Source: Zootoca vivipara
Taxonomy: Eukaryota
NCBI RefSeq assembly: GCF_963506605.1
Contig: NC_083278.1
Location: forward strand, 40,300,001-40,364,000
Length of the DNA: 64,000 bases
Direction: 5' to 3'
Under the pieces are notes generated by a model that made no database searches, had not been told where the DNA came from, and saw only the letters and a program-made list of their open reading frames with translations. A program made the translations under genes and the position numbers. Shown here one piece after another: positions 28,601 to 39,812 of this stretch. Position 1 is the stretch's first letter. Every line of letters starts with the position of its first letter.

Positions 28601-31600
28601 ATACAACTTCAATTTCTTTGTTTTTTCCCCCTCCCAGCCTATATTTATTGCACTTTCTAACCTTTGGACCAGTTTTCAAGATGAGATCCTGGTGCTGAGT
28701 TTCCTCAATAACTTGACTATCAATCTCCAGCAGTTCCTAGGAGCCCATTCATTGATTTTTCCAGAAGATGTGATGGAATCTCTTCTTGAAGATATTATTG
28801 TAAAAACTGATGAGGACAGGTTAAAAGAAAGTGCTGGTACTAAAACCATAGTTATGCATTTTGAATTAATGTATAAAGTCCATGGAATACTCTTCCTATC
28901 TTCAGATTCTTAGCCCTTTGAGAGCTAGAGCTTCACTTTTATTGCTAAATAAGGATCATGTGTCATAAAAACCACTGAGCCTCTTCGGCTTGCTGATTGG
29001 AAGGTTGGCGGTTCGAATCCCCACAACAGAATGAGCTCCCATTGCTCTGTCCCAGCTCCTGCCAACCTAGCAGTTCGAAAGCATGTCAAAATGCAAGTAG
29101 ATAAATAGGAACCGCTACAGCGGGAAGGTAAACGGCGTTTCCATGTGCTGCTCTGGTTTGCCAGAAGCAGCTTTGTCATGCTGGCCACATGACCTGGAAG
29201 GGACCCAGGTGGCGCTGTGGTTAAACCACTGAGCCTAGGGCTTGCTGATCAGAAGGTCGGCGGTTCGAATCCCTGTGACGGGGTGAGCTCCCGTTGCTTG
29301 GTCCCAGCTCCTGCCAACCTAGCAGTTCGAAAGCATGTCAAAATGCAAGTAGATAAATAGGAACCGCTACAGCGGGAAGGTAAACGGCGTTTCCATGTGC
29401 TGCTCTGGTTTGCCAGAAGCAGCTTTGTCATGCTGGCCACATGACCTGGAAGGGACCCAGGTGGCGCTGTGGTTAAACCACTGAGCCTAGGGCTTGCTGA
29501 TCAGAAGGTCAGCGGTTCGAATCCCTGTGACGGGGTGAGCTCCCGTTGCTTGGTCCCAGCTCCTGACAACCTAGCCACATGGGTACAGGAATGTAATCTC
29601 CGAGGGAAACCTTATTCAGCAAAAGGTTACCTGGGTCTTTGTTTTTTGCTGCAGCTGTTTTGATGAATTGTGTTATTGTTTGGGGAAAAATATGTTTTAA
29701 AATACTGTAAATGTTTTGTGAACTGTTCTGAGGGCTAAAATTGTGGATATAAGTAATAAATAAAATCTGCCCTGAACCTTCCCACCTAATATTTGAAATA
29801 CTAGATTATTCAGTACCTCACTAGGTACTTGTGCCATGGGGTTCAGTGGTCTCAACCTTCCCCAGTAACCATGTGTTTACATGAGTATGATGTGGGGTGT
29901 TTCTAGGTAGGACCTCAATGTTGCAAATGGGTTACTGAGATACAGCAAATGGGTCCTTGGCAACAGGTTTTTAACATCATATTCCCCCCTGAAAGGGAAC
30001 ATTATGATTAAATGCTGGGGGGTGGGGAAAATATACTCTTGTCCAGGCAATCCCAAACTGCAGCCCTCCAGATGTTTTGGCCTACAACTCCCATGATCAC
30101 TAGCTAAGAGGACCAGTGGTCAGGGATGATGGGAATTGTAGTCCACAACATCTGGAGGGCCGAAGTTTGGGGGTGCCTGCTCTTGTCATTTTGACACCAA
30201 CAATATTGTGTGGATATTGCAACTAATAATAAAAATCTTCATGCATGAGCAATTTTCTCCTGCAATAAACACCTGTCTAGAAGCACTCCCATTTTTTCTG
30301 ATACTGAAAATATATCCTAAGCTGGGTTTTTTAATATTTCAGATAGCAAAGTAAATCCCGCTGACTTTACCGTAGAAGAATGGCTCTTCCCAGAAACCAC
30401 CATTAATTTCAGCCAAGTGCAAATTCAGTACCATGGGTTTTGTGCTTACACTTTTGCCGTGAAAGATGGTCTTCTTGTCCCAGGTTTGCCAGTTGTAGAT
30501 AAGTCCCGTTTGCTTTTTAAGAGCATTCTTACTGCTTCATATTATGTTTTAGTTGTAGACTGCATTGCTTTATTTTTATAGAAGTTTGGTGTATAAATAA
30601 AATAAAAATACCTGACAGATAAGGAGCTTGCCACCCAAACTACTGGGGCTTGGTTTATAAATGGAAATGGAGAAGAATTTGAGGCAGTAGGCATGTGGGG
30701 GTGAGGAGGAGGGAAGGAACAGTGGCAAGCATTTGGTAGGAGGGAGATAAAGCTGAGGAAGGGAATTAGAAAATTGGTATACACAGTGATCGGTGGTAGT
30801 TGGGACAAAGACACTACCAAAAGGAAGACCATACAACATATCAACAAGACAAAAGGGCAAAGCCAATCAGTGCCAGAAAGTGATCTATTGGAGACTAATT
30901 CTCTTGGTTGGAGAGAAGAGGGATGTCAGAGCCTCCACTGCTTCAACAGAACCCTGTTTAGAATTCCATTTAGAGCATAAATTTGCATTTGTTTGTCCAG
31001 CAAATAAACTAGAATTTAACAGTGCAGTTTTTAAAAGGGTATTACTATTTTTACTGATGCAATCCACATTATGCAGGATTAGCTATGAAATACTTTAGTC
31101 TTGTTCTTAGTTCATAGAAAGTGTTTTGCTGGGTGAGGAGCATGATTTAAAGTTGACTGAATTTTCAAACAGGTTAGACACTAGAGCCATCCTTAATTTC
31201 AAACGTGAAAACACTATAATCTGCATCAGGAAAGTCATGAAGAAATCCTGTGTTCTTTTGTGCTTTGTTGTCAGCGAACCCTGCTGTTGGAATCCTGAAG
31301 TTTCGGGAGAAATATTATGCCTTTAGTTCCAAGGAAGCGGCATATAATTTTGCCAAGAATCCAGAGAAATGCGTTAAGATGGTTGCAGAAAAAGCAAAGG
31401 AATCTGCAGAGCTCATTCAGCTGCTTGAACTTCATCAGCAATTTGAATCCCTTGCCCCTTATTCTCAGGTATTCAACACATTTATCCTTTACTTATTTAA
31501 GCCACTCCAAGAAAGCTTCATTCTAGAGAAAAGCCAAATAAGAGGCAATCTGGTAGAACTTATGCATAGCATGGAGAAAGTGGATAGAGGAAAGTTCTTC

Positions 31601-33352
31601 TCCCTCTCAAAATGTGTAGATATCAAGGAAGCTGAATGTTGGGAGATTCAGGAGAGATAAGAGAAACTACTCCTTCACACAGCACGTAGTTAAACTATGG
31701 AGTTCTGTCCCACAGGAGGTAGTGATATCCACCAACTTGGGTGGTTTTAACAGGGGAGTAGGCAAATTTATGGAGGACAAGGCTATCAGTGCCTACTAAC
31801 CACAATGGCTGTGTTCTGTCTCAACTGTTGGATGCAGTATGTTTCTGGGAACTGTAGGAGAGGAGAGTAGTCTTTTGCTTGGTCCTGGTTGTGGGCTTCC
31901 CATAGGTTTCTGGTTGAGAACAGGATGTTGGACTAGATGGGCTATTGGCCTGATCAAGCAGGCTCGTGTTCTTATGCTCCAAAAGCAATATAGCTACCAT
32001 TTTAATAATACAGGAAGTTGATCAGGAAGTATCTCAAAGAAGAGGTAATTCTTAATGCATAAGGTTGGCGTCAGTGTCTTGTCTTTACTAGTTTTGGCAG
32101 TGTCTTGTCCTTACTAGTTCATTGTGGGCTTAGCTGCAGTTAGCACAGAATAGCACAGTTCCAGAGTCGCTTGTGGTAGTTGGATGCATTGGTTCAGTAC
32201 ACTCAACACTCCAAACAGCCCCACCTGGAAGTGTGCTAAATGATGTGATGTTGATATATCTTCCCTTTTAGTTTTTATCTAATGCTTGGTTGGAAGGTGA
32301 AAATGTGGAAATAAAAAATAGCTATTCCTTTTTGTTGTTGTTACAGATCAGAGCCAAAGACAAGCAGGGTATGAAACCCATCACAAAATGTGACACCAGT
32401 ACTCAGACGGACGTCCATATTTTGCCACCAAATATTGTGAAGAACTATGAGTGGAATGAATGGGAACTGAGAAGAAAAGCCATCAAACTGGTTTGTGTCA
32501 ACATGATTTGAAAGACTAATTCAGACAAGCTACAAATAACAATTATCTCTCAGATCTTTTCGGACTTAACTCCATGCATTTGACCTTAAATTTTTGAGCC
32601 CCTCCATCTTTTGTTTTCAGCTTTGTTTGGAATTGTAGCTCATAGTGCAACATTCATGCTGAAGCTTTTACTTTGTTACTTTAAAATGTCTAAACTTCCC
32701 TTCATCGTGTCTGGTTGGTATACAATAATGATAATATAAATAAATAAATATGTAAACATCACATATCCTTTATAACAATAAAACTGAGAGGCAACAAACC
32801 TATGAAGCAGCCAGTGGCAGTAAAATGAATTAAAATGCCTGGGCAAACAAAAATAAGTCTTGATCTTGCACCAAAGAAGTGGAAAATGCTTTCCCCTTGC
32901 TAGTTCATTGTCGACTTAGGCTTTATACACATCCTAGATGATCAGTTAATGCAATCCAGCCTTGATAAGAAAGTATAAATCATTTATAAGTCTTTCAGGC
33001 AGTGCAATCCTTTAACATAATTTCACATTATGTTAAATGCAACTGTGATAATTCTTTTATCTTTGTTTTTTGTTTTTTATTTTTTTATTTTTTATTTTTA
33101 TTTTTATTTTTTGTTTTTCAGGCAAACTTGCGCCAAAAGCTAACTCACTCAGTGCAGACCAATCTCAGTCACATGAGAAGGGACAACTGCAGCCAGGTGT
33201 ACCCACTGAAGGATAACGGTACACAGACCAAGCGTGAAAGCAGTACTAATGTACCCAAACCTCAGATTTTCCTGGCTGGTCTCCGTGGAGGAACACCTCC
33301 AACTACCCGCATGTTCAAAATCAATTTAACAAGAGCAGTTGATGAAACATAA
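16679..33352 (+). CDS. CFAP206: Cilia- and flagella-associated protein 206, 622 aa
   Basis: join(16679..16786,19530..19613,20841..20931,21663..21851,23588..23746,25334..25542,26673..26792,28638..28836,30343..30483,31275..31468,32347..32490,33122..33352) = 1869 nt, all GT-AG and in phase. Motifs AESVIKNIIREIGQEC, YVLLRSGLGSPTDIK, YEWNEWELRRKAIKL and NLTRAVDET*. AATAAA at 33367-33372. Confidence 0.96.
16914..17600 (+). mobile_element. BovB (RTE LINE), 5'-truncated copy
   Basis: ORF 16931-17494 encodes the RTE/BovB C-terminus (KAMVFPVVMYGSESWTIKKA...RIDAFELWCWRRLLRVPWTARRSN). Ends in a (CAA)n tail; 12-bp TSD ATGGGTGCCACA (16902-16913 / 17601-17612). Confidence 0.93.
18020..18250 (+). mobile_element. 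CR1 LINE 3' fragment
   Basis: Degenerate CR1 ORF2 3' end: AAGCTGAAC...GGGACACACAAAAGAAGATGCTTTTTCACGCAGCACATAGTTAAACTG. Confidence 0.55.
18321..18477. mobile_element. Tc1/mariner (pogo/Tc2-like) MITE
   Basis: TIR CCGTATTTTTCTGTGTATAAGAC / GTCTTATACACGAAAAAATACGG with TA TSD. Confidence 0.8.
18627..19205. mobile_element. GC-rich hAT-type non-autonomous element with internal tandem and inverted repeats
   Basis: TIR CATGGGCGTACCCA / TGGGTACGCCCTTG and 8-bp TSD CCTTTGGA (18619-18626 / 19206-19213). Internal units recur at 18706, 18898 and 19095. Confidence 0.8.
22854..23080 (+). mobile_element. Penelope-like pLTR remnant
   Basis: 13-bp TSD CATAAGGATTTCA (22841-22853 / 23081-23093). Contains the hammerhead motif; same family as 3726-3929. 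Confidence 0.78.
22986..23023 (+). ncRNA. Minimal hammerhead ribozyme motif, sense in a CFAP206 intron
   Basis: Identical 38-mer to 3851-3888. Predicted cleavage after C23019. Confidence 0.72.
23766..23911 (-). mobile_element. BovB 3' fragment
   Basis: Reverse complement of the 3' end of 16914-17600. 10-bp TSD TACCGGTACT (23756-23765 / 23912-23921). Confidence 0.85.
24514..24951 (-). mobile_element. Solo LTR
   Basis: TGTTA...TAACA termini, 5-bp TSD GTCTG (24509-24513 / 24952-24956), and a minus-strand AATAAA near 24735. Confidence 0.65.
25008..25097. mobile_element. 90-bp hAT MITE
   Basis: 15-bp TIR CATAGCTGCCAAGTT and 8-bp TSD GTCCTCAG. Confidence 0.85.
27229..27364. mobile_element. 136-bp hAT MITE
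   Basis: CAGGCAT...ATGCCTG TIRs and 8-bp TSD CTCTAACC. Family members at 30044 and 42845. Confidence 0.88.
27682..27887. mobile_element. Foldback hAT MITE (near-perfect palindrome)
   Basis: TIR TAGGGTTGCCA / TGGCAACCCTA extending inward for about 90 bp; 8-bp TSD TTTGCAGG. Confidence 0.88.
28968..29575 (+). mobile_element. Head-to-tail array of truncated Sauria SINE units (252-bp period)
   Basis: The SINE head GGGACCCAGGTGGCGCTGTGGTTAAACCACTGAGCC occurs at 29200 and 29452, each with the B-box GGTTCGAATCC. A 5'-truncated first unit starts near 28968. Confidence 0.85.
30044..30179. mobile_element. 136-bp hAT MITE
   Basis: CAGGCA...TGCCTG termini and 8-bp TSD CTCTTGTC. Confidence 0.88.
31510..31980 (+). 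mobile_element. CR1 LINE 3' fragment
   Basis: Degenerate CR1 ORF2 end (GAGAAAGTGGATAGAGGAAAGTTCTTCTCCCTCTC...TTCACACAGCACGTAGTTAAACTATGG) plus the 3' UTR tail. Confidence 0.6.
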
Positions 33353-35339
33353 ATGACAAGTCCTTCAATAAATGAACTTTAAAAACAAAAAGTAAATTCA
33401 TTGTGTCTCATTCTTTGTTGTTATTTCAAAGGCAATCTTTGCATCATTAATGGGGCCAGATGAAAGGTATCATGGGTAAGTTGAGTCTTCTATCCCCAGC
33501 TTTGTCCCATTGTAGCATCCTGTATTGGAAGGTGCAGTACTAGCTATATTTGTGGACTTCTACTCCTCACCATGCAATGCTCCCACCTATCCTCTGTCAA
33601 TCTTAGCAATTAGCCCTCCCATTCTGAACACCTTTCTTTCCTTCTTTTTGAGGGGACGACGGGAAATTCACTTTTCCTTTGGACTTGGATTTCATCTAGT
33701 AAATATTTTGAATGACTTCAATTGTACCAAAGATACTTAACTTCTGGTTCCTTGAGGCCTGACTGTAAAGTAGCAAAGAAATCTAGAATTTTAATGCCGG
33801 TGTTTCCTGCTTGGAAACAAAAGGCATAGCCAAAGTCCCGACTTTTCCTAAATCGGGTATCATTTTGCATTGAAAATATTTTGTGTTTTTGAACATTTAA
33901 AAATATTCCCGGCAGTACAGCCCGTCATTCCTATATTGCTACAGCAAGCTGGAGGTCAGTGGAAGAGCGTGGCTTGAGGGCTTAAAGCCATGACCCCGAG
34001 ATTAAGAGTCTCATGCCCCCATCTAAACAAATCGTACTGATCAGGGAGCGACCTGTGGCTGTTGGCGGCCTCTCAAGCTGACCCACCTCACAGTGTTGTG
34101 ATGGTAGCTATGAAAGCGGAGAGCACCAGAGGCCGCCCTGAGCCCCTTGGAGAAAAGGCAAGATAGGAAAAATGCAGCTGGGCTGCTACAGTGGTGTCCT
34201 GCCTTCTGGCTAAGACTCACCCAACACATTTTTAATAGCGGGGATAGAAATAAGAGTATTTTGGCTGCTGCAGCTAGCCAAACACTGCTTTCTCTGCAAT
34301 CCCCTTTCTCATTCGCAAGAGGCGAAAGAAGCAGATGCTGAGCAACCTCACTCACTTCCAGTGTAAAACTGCCTTAAGCCCCCATCGAGGTTGCCACCAG
34401 AGGAATTTGGCACTTTTCAAAACCAAGGAGATCTTATTCGTTTATTTGTTTACTGAAAGTTGTCCTCCACTGGACCATTCGAAAAACAAACAAACCTCAA
34501 AGCAGAATGGTAAAAATATCAGTAAAGGAATACCAAGAGCAAAATGGAAAATGTACATTTACTTTATGATGCTTTGAAATTCGAACTTCAGTGTACTTAG
34601 TATGTTAGTAGTCTTACTCATTAGTTTTTTATTCCCTTTTTAAATTTTGTTTTTCTTATCTTGCATAAAGTGAGAATGCATCAGGCTGAATTCACTGGCA
34701 GTGTTTTTCTGACTTGGAGTTTTTTTGTATGCACTACTTTGATTTTCAACAAATGAAATTTTTAAAGGAGGGAGGAAGTAGGATTTTTCACATTCCAAAG
34801 GAGTTTTGGGAGGCTTTCCCCCCTTCGTGATAAAAAATGCTATGTTTTAGAGGTGAGGAGCGAAGGAAATATTTTGCTCATGGCTTAAAACAGTTTTGAA
34901 TTCCCCACCCCAATGTACTCTTTGGTGACGACAAAGGAACAGGAAGACACTTTTATTAATTTAAGCAAAGCAAGAGAAGCCAAGTAAGCAGTATAACTTA
35001 AAAAACCCACAACTTTATTGCAAGTTCAACAAGTACATAATTATACATGCGCTAAACATGGTGAGACGTAAATAAGAGAGAAAAAGATAAACGGAAACAG
35101 TGTAAAGGGGGGAAAACCCCAAACTGTATATTTTACAATTTTGTTATTGTACCAGACTTTAACCTATTACATTATTTGCTGCAGAGAGCCCGGGCCAATG
35201 TTGACGTTCGCTGGCGAAACTCAAACGAGGGACTCAAGAGAACAAGGGACTGATGAAAACATTCCTTGCACTCCCAACATTTATATGCTCTTTATTCCTT
35301 TGAAGGTTTCCACTCTGTGAAAAACACATTTCCCACACT

Positions 35340-38300
35340 CTACACATTGGGAAGGTCTCCTCCTGTGTGGACTTTCTGGTGTCTGCGAAAATGTGCTGAC
35401 TGAGAAAAACATTTCCCACACTCCAAGCACTTGTAAGGTTTTTCTCCTGTGTGGATCCTCTGATGGATCACAAGGTATGACTTCTGAGAAAATGATTTTT
35501 CACACTCCAAGCATTTGTGGGGTTTCTCTCCTGTGTGGGTTCTCTGGTGCCCCCTAAGGTTTTCTGCTAAAGTAAATGACATTCCACAATCTAAACATTT
35601 ATGTGGCGTTTCTCCTGTGTGGACTCTCCTATGAACAGTAAGGCCTGATGAGAAAGAAAAACATTTCCCACACTCTCCACATTCATATGGCCTCGCTCCT
35701 GTGTGGATTCTCTGGTGTACATGAAGGTATGATTTGTGGGCAAAACATTTTTCACACTCCATGCATATGTAGGGCTTTTCCCCAGTGTGGATTTTTTCAT
35801 GCCGCTTGAGGTGTTGTTTCTGAGAAAATGATTTTTCACACTCCATGCATTTATAGGGTTTCTCTCCTGTGTGGGTTCTCTGGTGCCCCCTAAGATTTTG
35901 CGCTAAAGTAAATGACATTCCACAATCTAAACATTTATGTGGCTTTTCTCCTGTGTGGACTCTCCTATGAACAGTAAGGCCTGATGAGAAAGAAAAACAT
36001 TTTCCACATTCTCCACATTCATATGGCCTCACTCCTGTGTGGGTTCTCTGGTGGTTCACAAGGGTGCCTTTCCTTGAAAAACATTTGCCACACTCCAAGC
36101 ATTTGTGGGGTTTCTCTCCTGTGTGGGTTCTCTGGTGCCCCCTAAGACTTTGTGCTAAAGTAAATGACATTCCACAGTTTAAACATTTATGTGGCTTTTC
36201 TCCTGTGTGGACTCTCCTATGAACAGTAAGGCCTGATGAAGTAGAAAAACATTTTCCACATTCTCCACATTCATATGGCCTCACTCCTGTGTGGGTTCTC
36301 TGATGTTTCACAAGGGTGCCTTTCCTTGAAAAACATTTGCCACACTCCAAGCATTTGTGGGGTTTCTCTCCTGTGTGGGTTCTCTGGTGCTCCCTAAGAC
36401 TTTGTGCTAAAGTAAATGACATTCCACAGTCTAAACATTTATGTGGCTTTTCTCCTGTGTGGACTCTCCTATGAACAGTAAGGCCTGATGAAACAGAAAA
36501 ACATTTCCCACACTCTCCACATTCATATGGCCTCACTCCTGTGTGGATTCTCTGGTGTACATGAAGGTATGATTTCTGGGGAAAGCATTTTCCACACTCG
36601 GTGCATTTGTAGGGTTTCTCCCCAGTGTGGATTTTTTCATGCCGCTTGAGGTGTTGTTTCTGGGAAAAGCATTTTCCACACTTGGTGCATTTGTAGGGTT
36701 TCTCCCCAGTGTGGATTCTCTGGTGCCCCCTAAGACGATGTGCTAAAGTAAATGACATTCCACAGTCCAAACATTTATGTGGCTTTTCTCCTGTGTGGAC
36801 TCGCCTATGAACAGTAAGGCCTGATGAAACAGAAAAACATTTTCCACACTCTCCACATTCATATGGTCTCATTCCTGTGTGTATCCTTTCATGTACACGA
36901 AGCTCTGACAGGCTAGCAAAGCATTTCCCACACTCCATGCATCTGTAGGGTTTCTCTCCCGTATGCACCTTCTGATGTCTGGGGAGGTGCTGTTTCTGGG
37001 AAAACCGTCTCCCACACTCCACACATTCATACGGTTTCTCCCCTGTGTGGATTCTCCGGTGGATTACAAGTTCCGATGCTGAAATAAAGCTTTTCCCACA
37101 CTCCACACATTTATGGGGCATCTCTCCAGTGTGAACAGTCTGATGCCTCAGAAGGACAGCCTTCTCATAAAAACATTTCCCACACTCTCTACATTCATAG
37201 GGCTTCTCTCCTGTGTGGATTCTCTGGTGTCGCCTGAGATTTGTTTTTGAGGGGAAACATTTTCCACACTCCAGGCACTTTTGGGGCCATTCTCCTGTGT
37301 GGGTTCTCTGATGGATTACAAGGCCTGACTTGTGAGCAAATGATTTCCCACACTCCAGGCATTTATAGGGTTTTTCTCCAGTGTGCGTTCGCTGATGGTT
37401 AACAAGTTTTGACCTAACAGAAAAGCATAACCCACACACACTGCATTTGTGGGGCTTCTCTCCTGTGTAGACTTTACAGTGTTCACAAAGCTGTGATCTC
37501 TTGGGGAACCCGATCCTACTCTCGCCATATTTGCAGTGTTTTTCTCCCATGTGGCCTCTTTCATGTTTCACAAAATCTGAAAGTTGGGAAAAACCTTCCC
37601 CACACTCCAAACTGCGATATGAGTTATCTCCTCCTGTATGGATGTTCTGGTGGATCAGAACGATGGGCTGATGAACAAGAACCTTCCTGAACTCCGAAGA
37701 CTTGGGGGGTTCCAAATGGCTCGCAAGCTCCGAATTCTGACCCAAACATTCCCCGCTCTCAGAGTTTTCCTGGATCTTCTCCCCTGTGTGGATTCTCTGG
37801 TGTCTGGCAAGAGCCAATCTGAAGGCAAAGCATCGGCCATACTCTGGGCTGAAATGTTTCCTCCTCAAGTTTCCTGCTGAGAATGAACAAAGCGGAATCA
37901 GGGTTAGAAGATGGCAGAGAAGTAGCCTCAGAATCCAACCTGAGATGGTTAGACAGATGATGCATGAGAGATGGAGGTCATACCACTTCTCTCCCCGCTC
38001 ACCACTGCATATGGTATAACCAGTGGAAGAGCTATTTTTATTTATTTTGTTGATGAAGTAACAGAGAACATGTTTCTTGCCAATTCCCATCAACAGAGGA
38101 GAAACTCTGAAACGACTCGTCATCCCACCCAAACCGCCTCACCTGAGCTGGTGTCCGAAATGGCAGCTCCTGTTCCGTCTGAGATCTGATATTGTGGGGG
38201 CCTGGACTCTTCTGTTTGCTCTGCGCTGGGGACGAGGCTCATCTTGGGAAGCAGCAGGGCTACGCGGGAAAGAAGTGAGAAGAAGGAAGAAGAGGAGGAG

Positions 38301-39495
38301 GAGGAGGAAGAAGAAGTGAGGAGAAGCAAGCATTCTGCCTCATGGCCCAAACCATCTCCAATGGCTGTTCATCCAAAGCTCCCTCAAACATTTCTGGAGA
38401 AGGAGAACCCGTAACTAAACAGCTTGGGTTAGGGGGCTGGATGTTTGTGGGGGGGGGGCAAGGTGGTCCTTCGCTCTGTGTCGGAAGGTTGAGGGAGGAC
38501 TACTGAAGATGTCTGGGGGGTGGGGGTTCGGGACAGCACTGCCAGGACCCCAGGGAAGGAACCTGGATGGTGCTTGCAGACTGTTGCTGTTACGCTGGGG
38601 GGGGGGTCCATCACACGCCAGTAAACTCATTTTATACAGCTAAAGTGCAGCACAGTGGTTAAAGTGCAAGACTAGAACGTTGGAGACCTGGGTTCAAATC
38701 CCGCCTCAGCCATGAAACTCATCGGGAAATATTTGTCCAGTCATTCCCTCAGGGCTAGCCTACCTCAGAGAGATTGTTGCTGTTGTTATTCCCTGCCCAT
38801 CCGAAATCTTTAATTTTACACAGAATCCTACCTTACACCCACACACAAGTCTCTACATCTATGCTAGCTTACTACTACTACTTTCTTGTTTCTACCCCAC
38901 CCATCTGACTGGGTTGCCCCATCCACTCTGTGCAGCTTCCAGCACATATAAAAGCATAATAAAATATCAAACATAAAAACTTCCTGATACAGGGCTGCAT
39001 TCAAACGTCTTCTAAAGGTTATATTTGTTTATTTCCTTGACATCTGGTGGGAAGGCGTTCCACAGAGAGGGCGCCACTACCAAGAAGGCTCCCTCTGCCT
39101 GCTTCCCTGTAACTTTGCTTCTCGTGGTGAGGGAATCGGCAGAAGACCCTCGGAGGAGGTGGGCCTCAGTGTCCGGGCTGACCGATGGGGCTGGAGAGGC
39201 TTTTTCAGGTATACTGGGCCGAGGCTGTCCGGGGTTTGTTGTGGGGATTAATTGAGGGGGAGACCCGTGTAGCCCACCTTGAGCTCCTTGGAGGGGGAAA
39301 AGGTGGGATCAAAATGCAAGGCATTTGGAATAAAGTACATTTGCAGCTCTCGTGCACCAAACCTGCTCCCCAAATACCCTTCCTCCCCAAAAGCAACATG
39401 ACAAGAAAATGTCCCGGAAGGACGGCTTCAGACTCTTGCAGGGAGGGAGGAAGCTCCTTACCCAGAGAGGCCACGTTCCCCTCATTCTCTAGCAT
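35340..39495 (-). CDS. KRAB-type C2H2 zinc-finger protein (25 intact fingers, disrupted KRAB-A), about 895 aa
   Basis: Predicted complement(join(35340..37876,38143..38259,39462..39495)). The large exon has 25 CxxC...HxxxH fingers with TGEKP-type linkers from 37451 down, preceded by about 5 degenerate fingers. 38143-38259 is a KRAB-B-like exon. The KRAB-A exon 39462-39586 reads LTFEDVAVYF... then ...MLENEGNVASL in a different frame. The start at ATG 39495 is inferred. Minus-strand AATAAA at about 35014-35019 and 34952-34957. Confidence 0.85.
35520..36863 (-). repeat. 84-bp-unit higher-order coding tandem repeat (fingers 8-23: ABCD-ABE-ABE-ABCD-AB)
   Basis: 16 x 84 bp, with near-identical nucleotide copies of each finger type. 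Confidence 0.9.
38870..39230 (-). mobile_element. L2 LINE 3' fragment
   Basis: Similar to 58169-58577 (CCCATCTGACTGGGTTGCCCC...CAGGGCTGC...GGGAAGGCGTTCCACAG). Confidence 0.65.
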
Positions 39496-39812
39496 GGCCT
39501 CCCTTGCTCTTCGACCAACGTCCAGCAGGGAGGGCCCTTTCGACCCTGGCGAAATAAACAGCCACGTCCTCAAAGGTTAGCAGTCTCTGTAATGACAAAA
39601 CACCCTCAGCAATAACTGCAGCACCTCAGGAACACCTTTGGTGGCAAGCGCAGAGTGGGAATTTTGTCTTCCCCATAGAGGCTTGCAACTTCATTGTTTT
39701 TATTAAAGATTTTCTTGGGTTACCAAAAAAGTGCATACATCGTCTGTTTTCAGATCATAAAAGTCCTTTCTTCAGATCATTTATATGCAATGTGAGACTT
39801 TAATGCCCTATA

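Noticed and set aside
35520-36863. CRISPR-like or non-coding tandem array
   Set aside because: The 84-bp period is the C2H2 finger unit within an open reading frame, and the DNA is eukaryotic.
37877-38132. N-terminal ~85 aa of the 930-aa ORF as real protein
   Set aside because: It lies between the donor at 38142 and the acceptor at 37877, so it is intron read-through in the ORF track.
35340-39586. PRDM9 identity for the ZNF gene
   Set aside because: No SSXRD or PR/SET exons are visible between the KRAB and finger exons. Only the mode of array evolution is similar.
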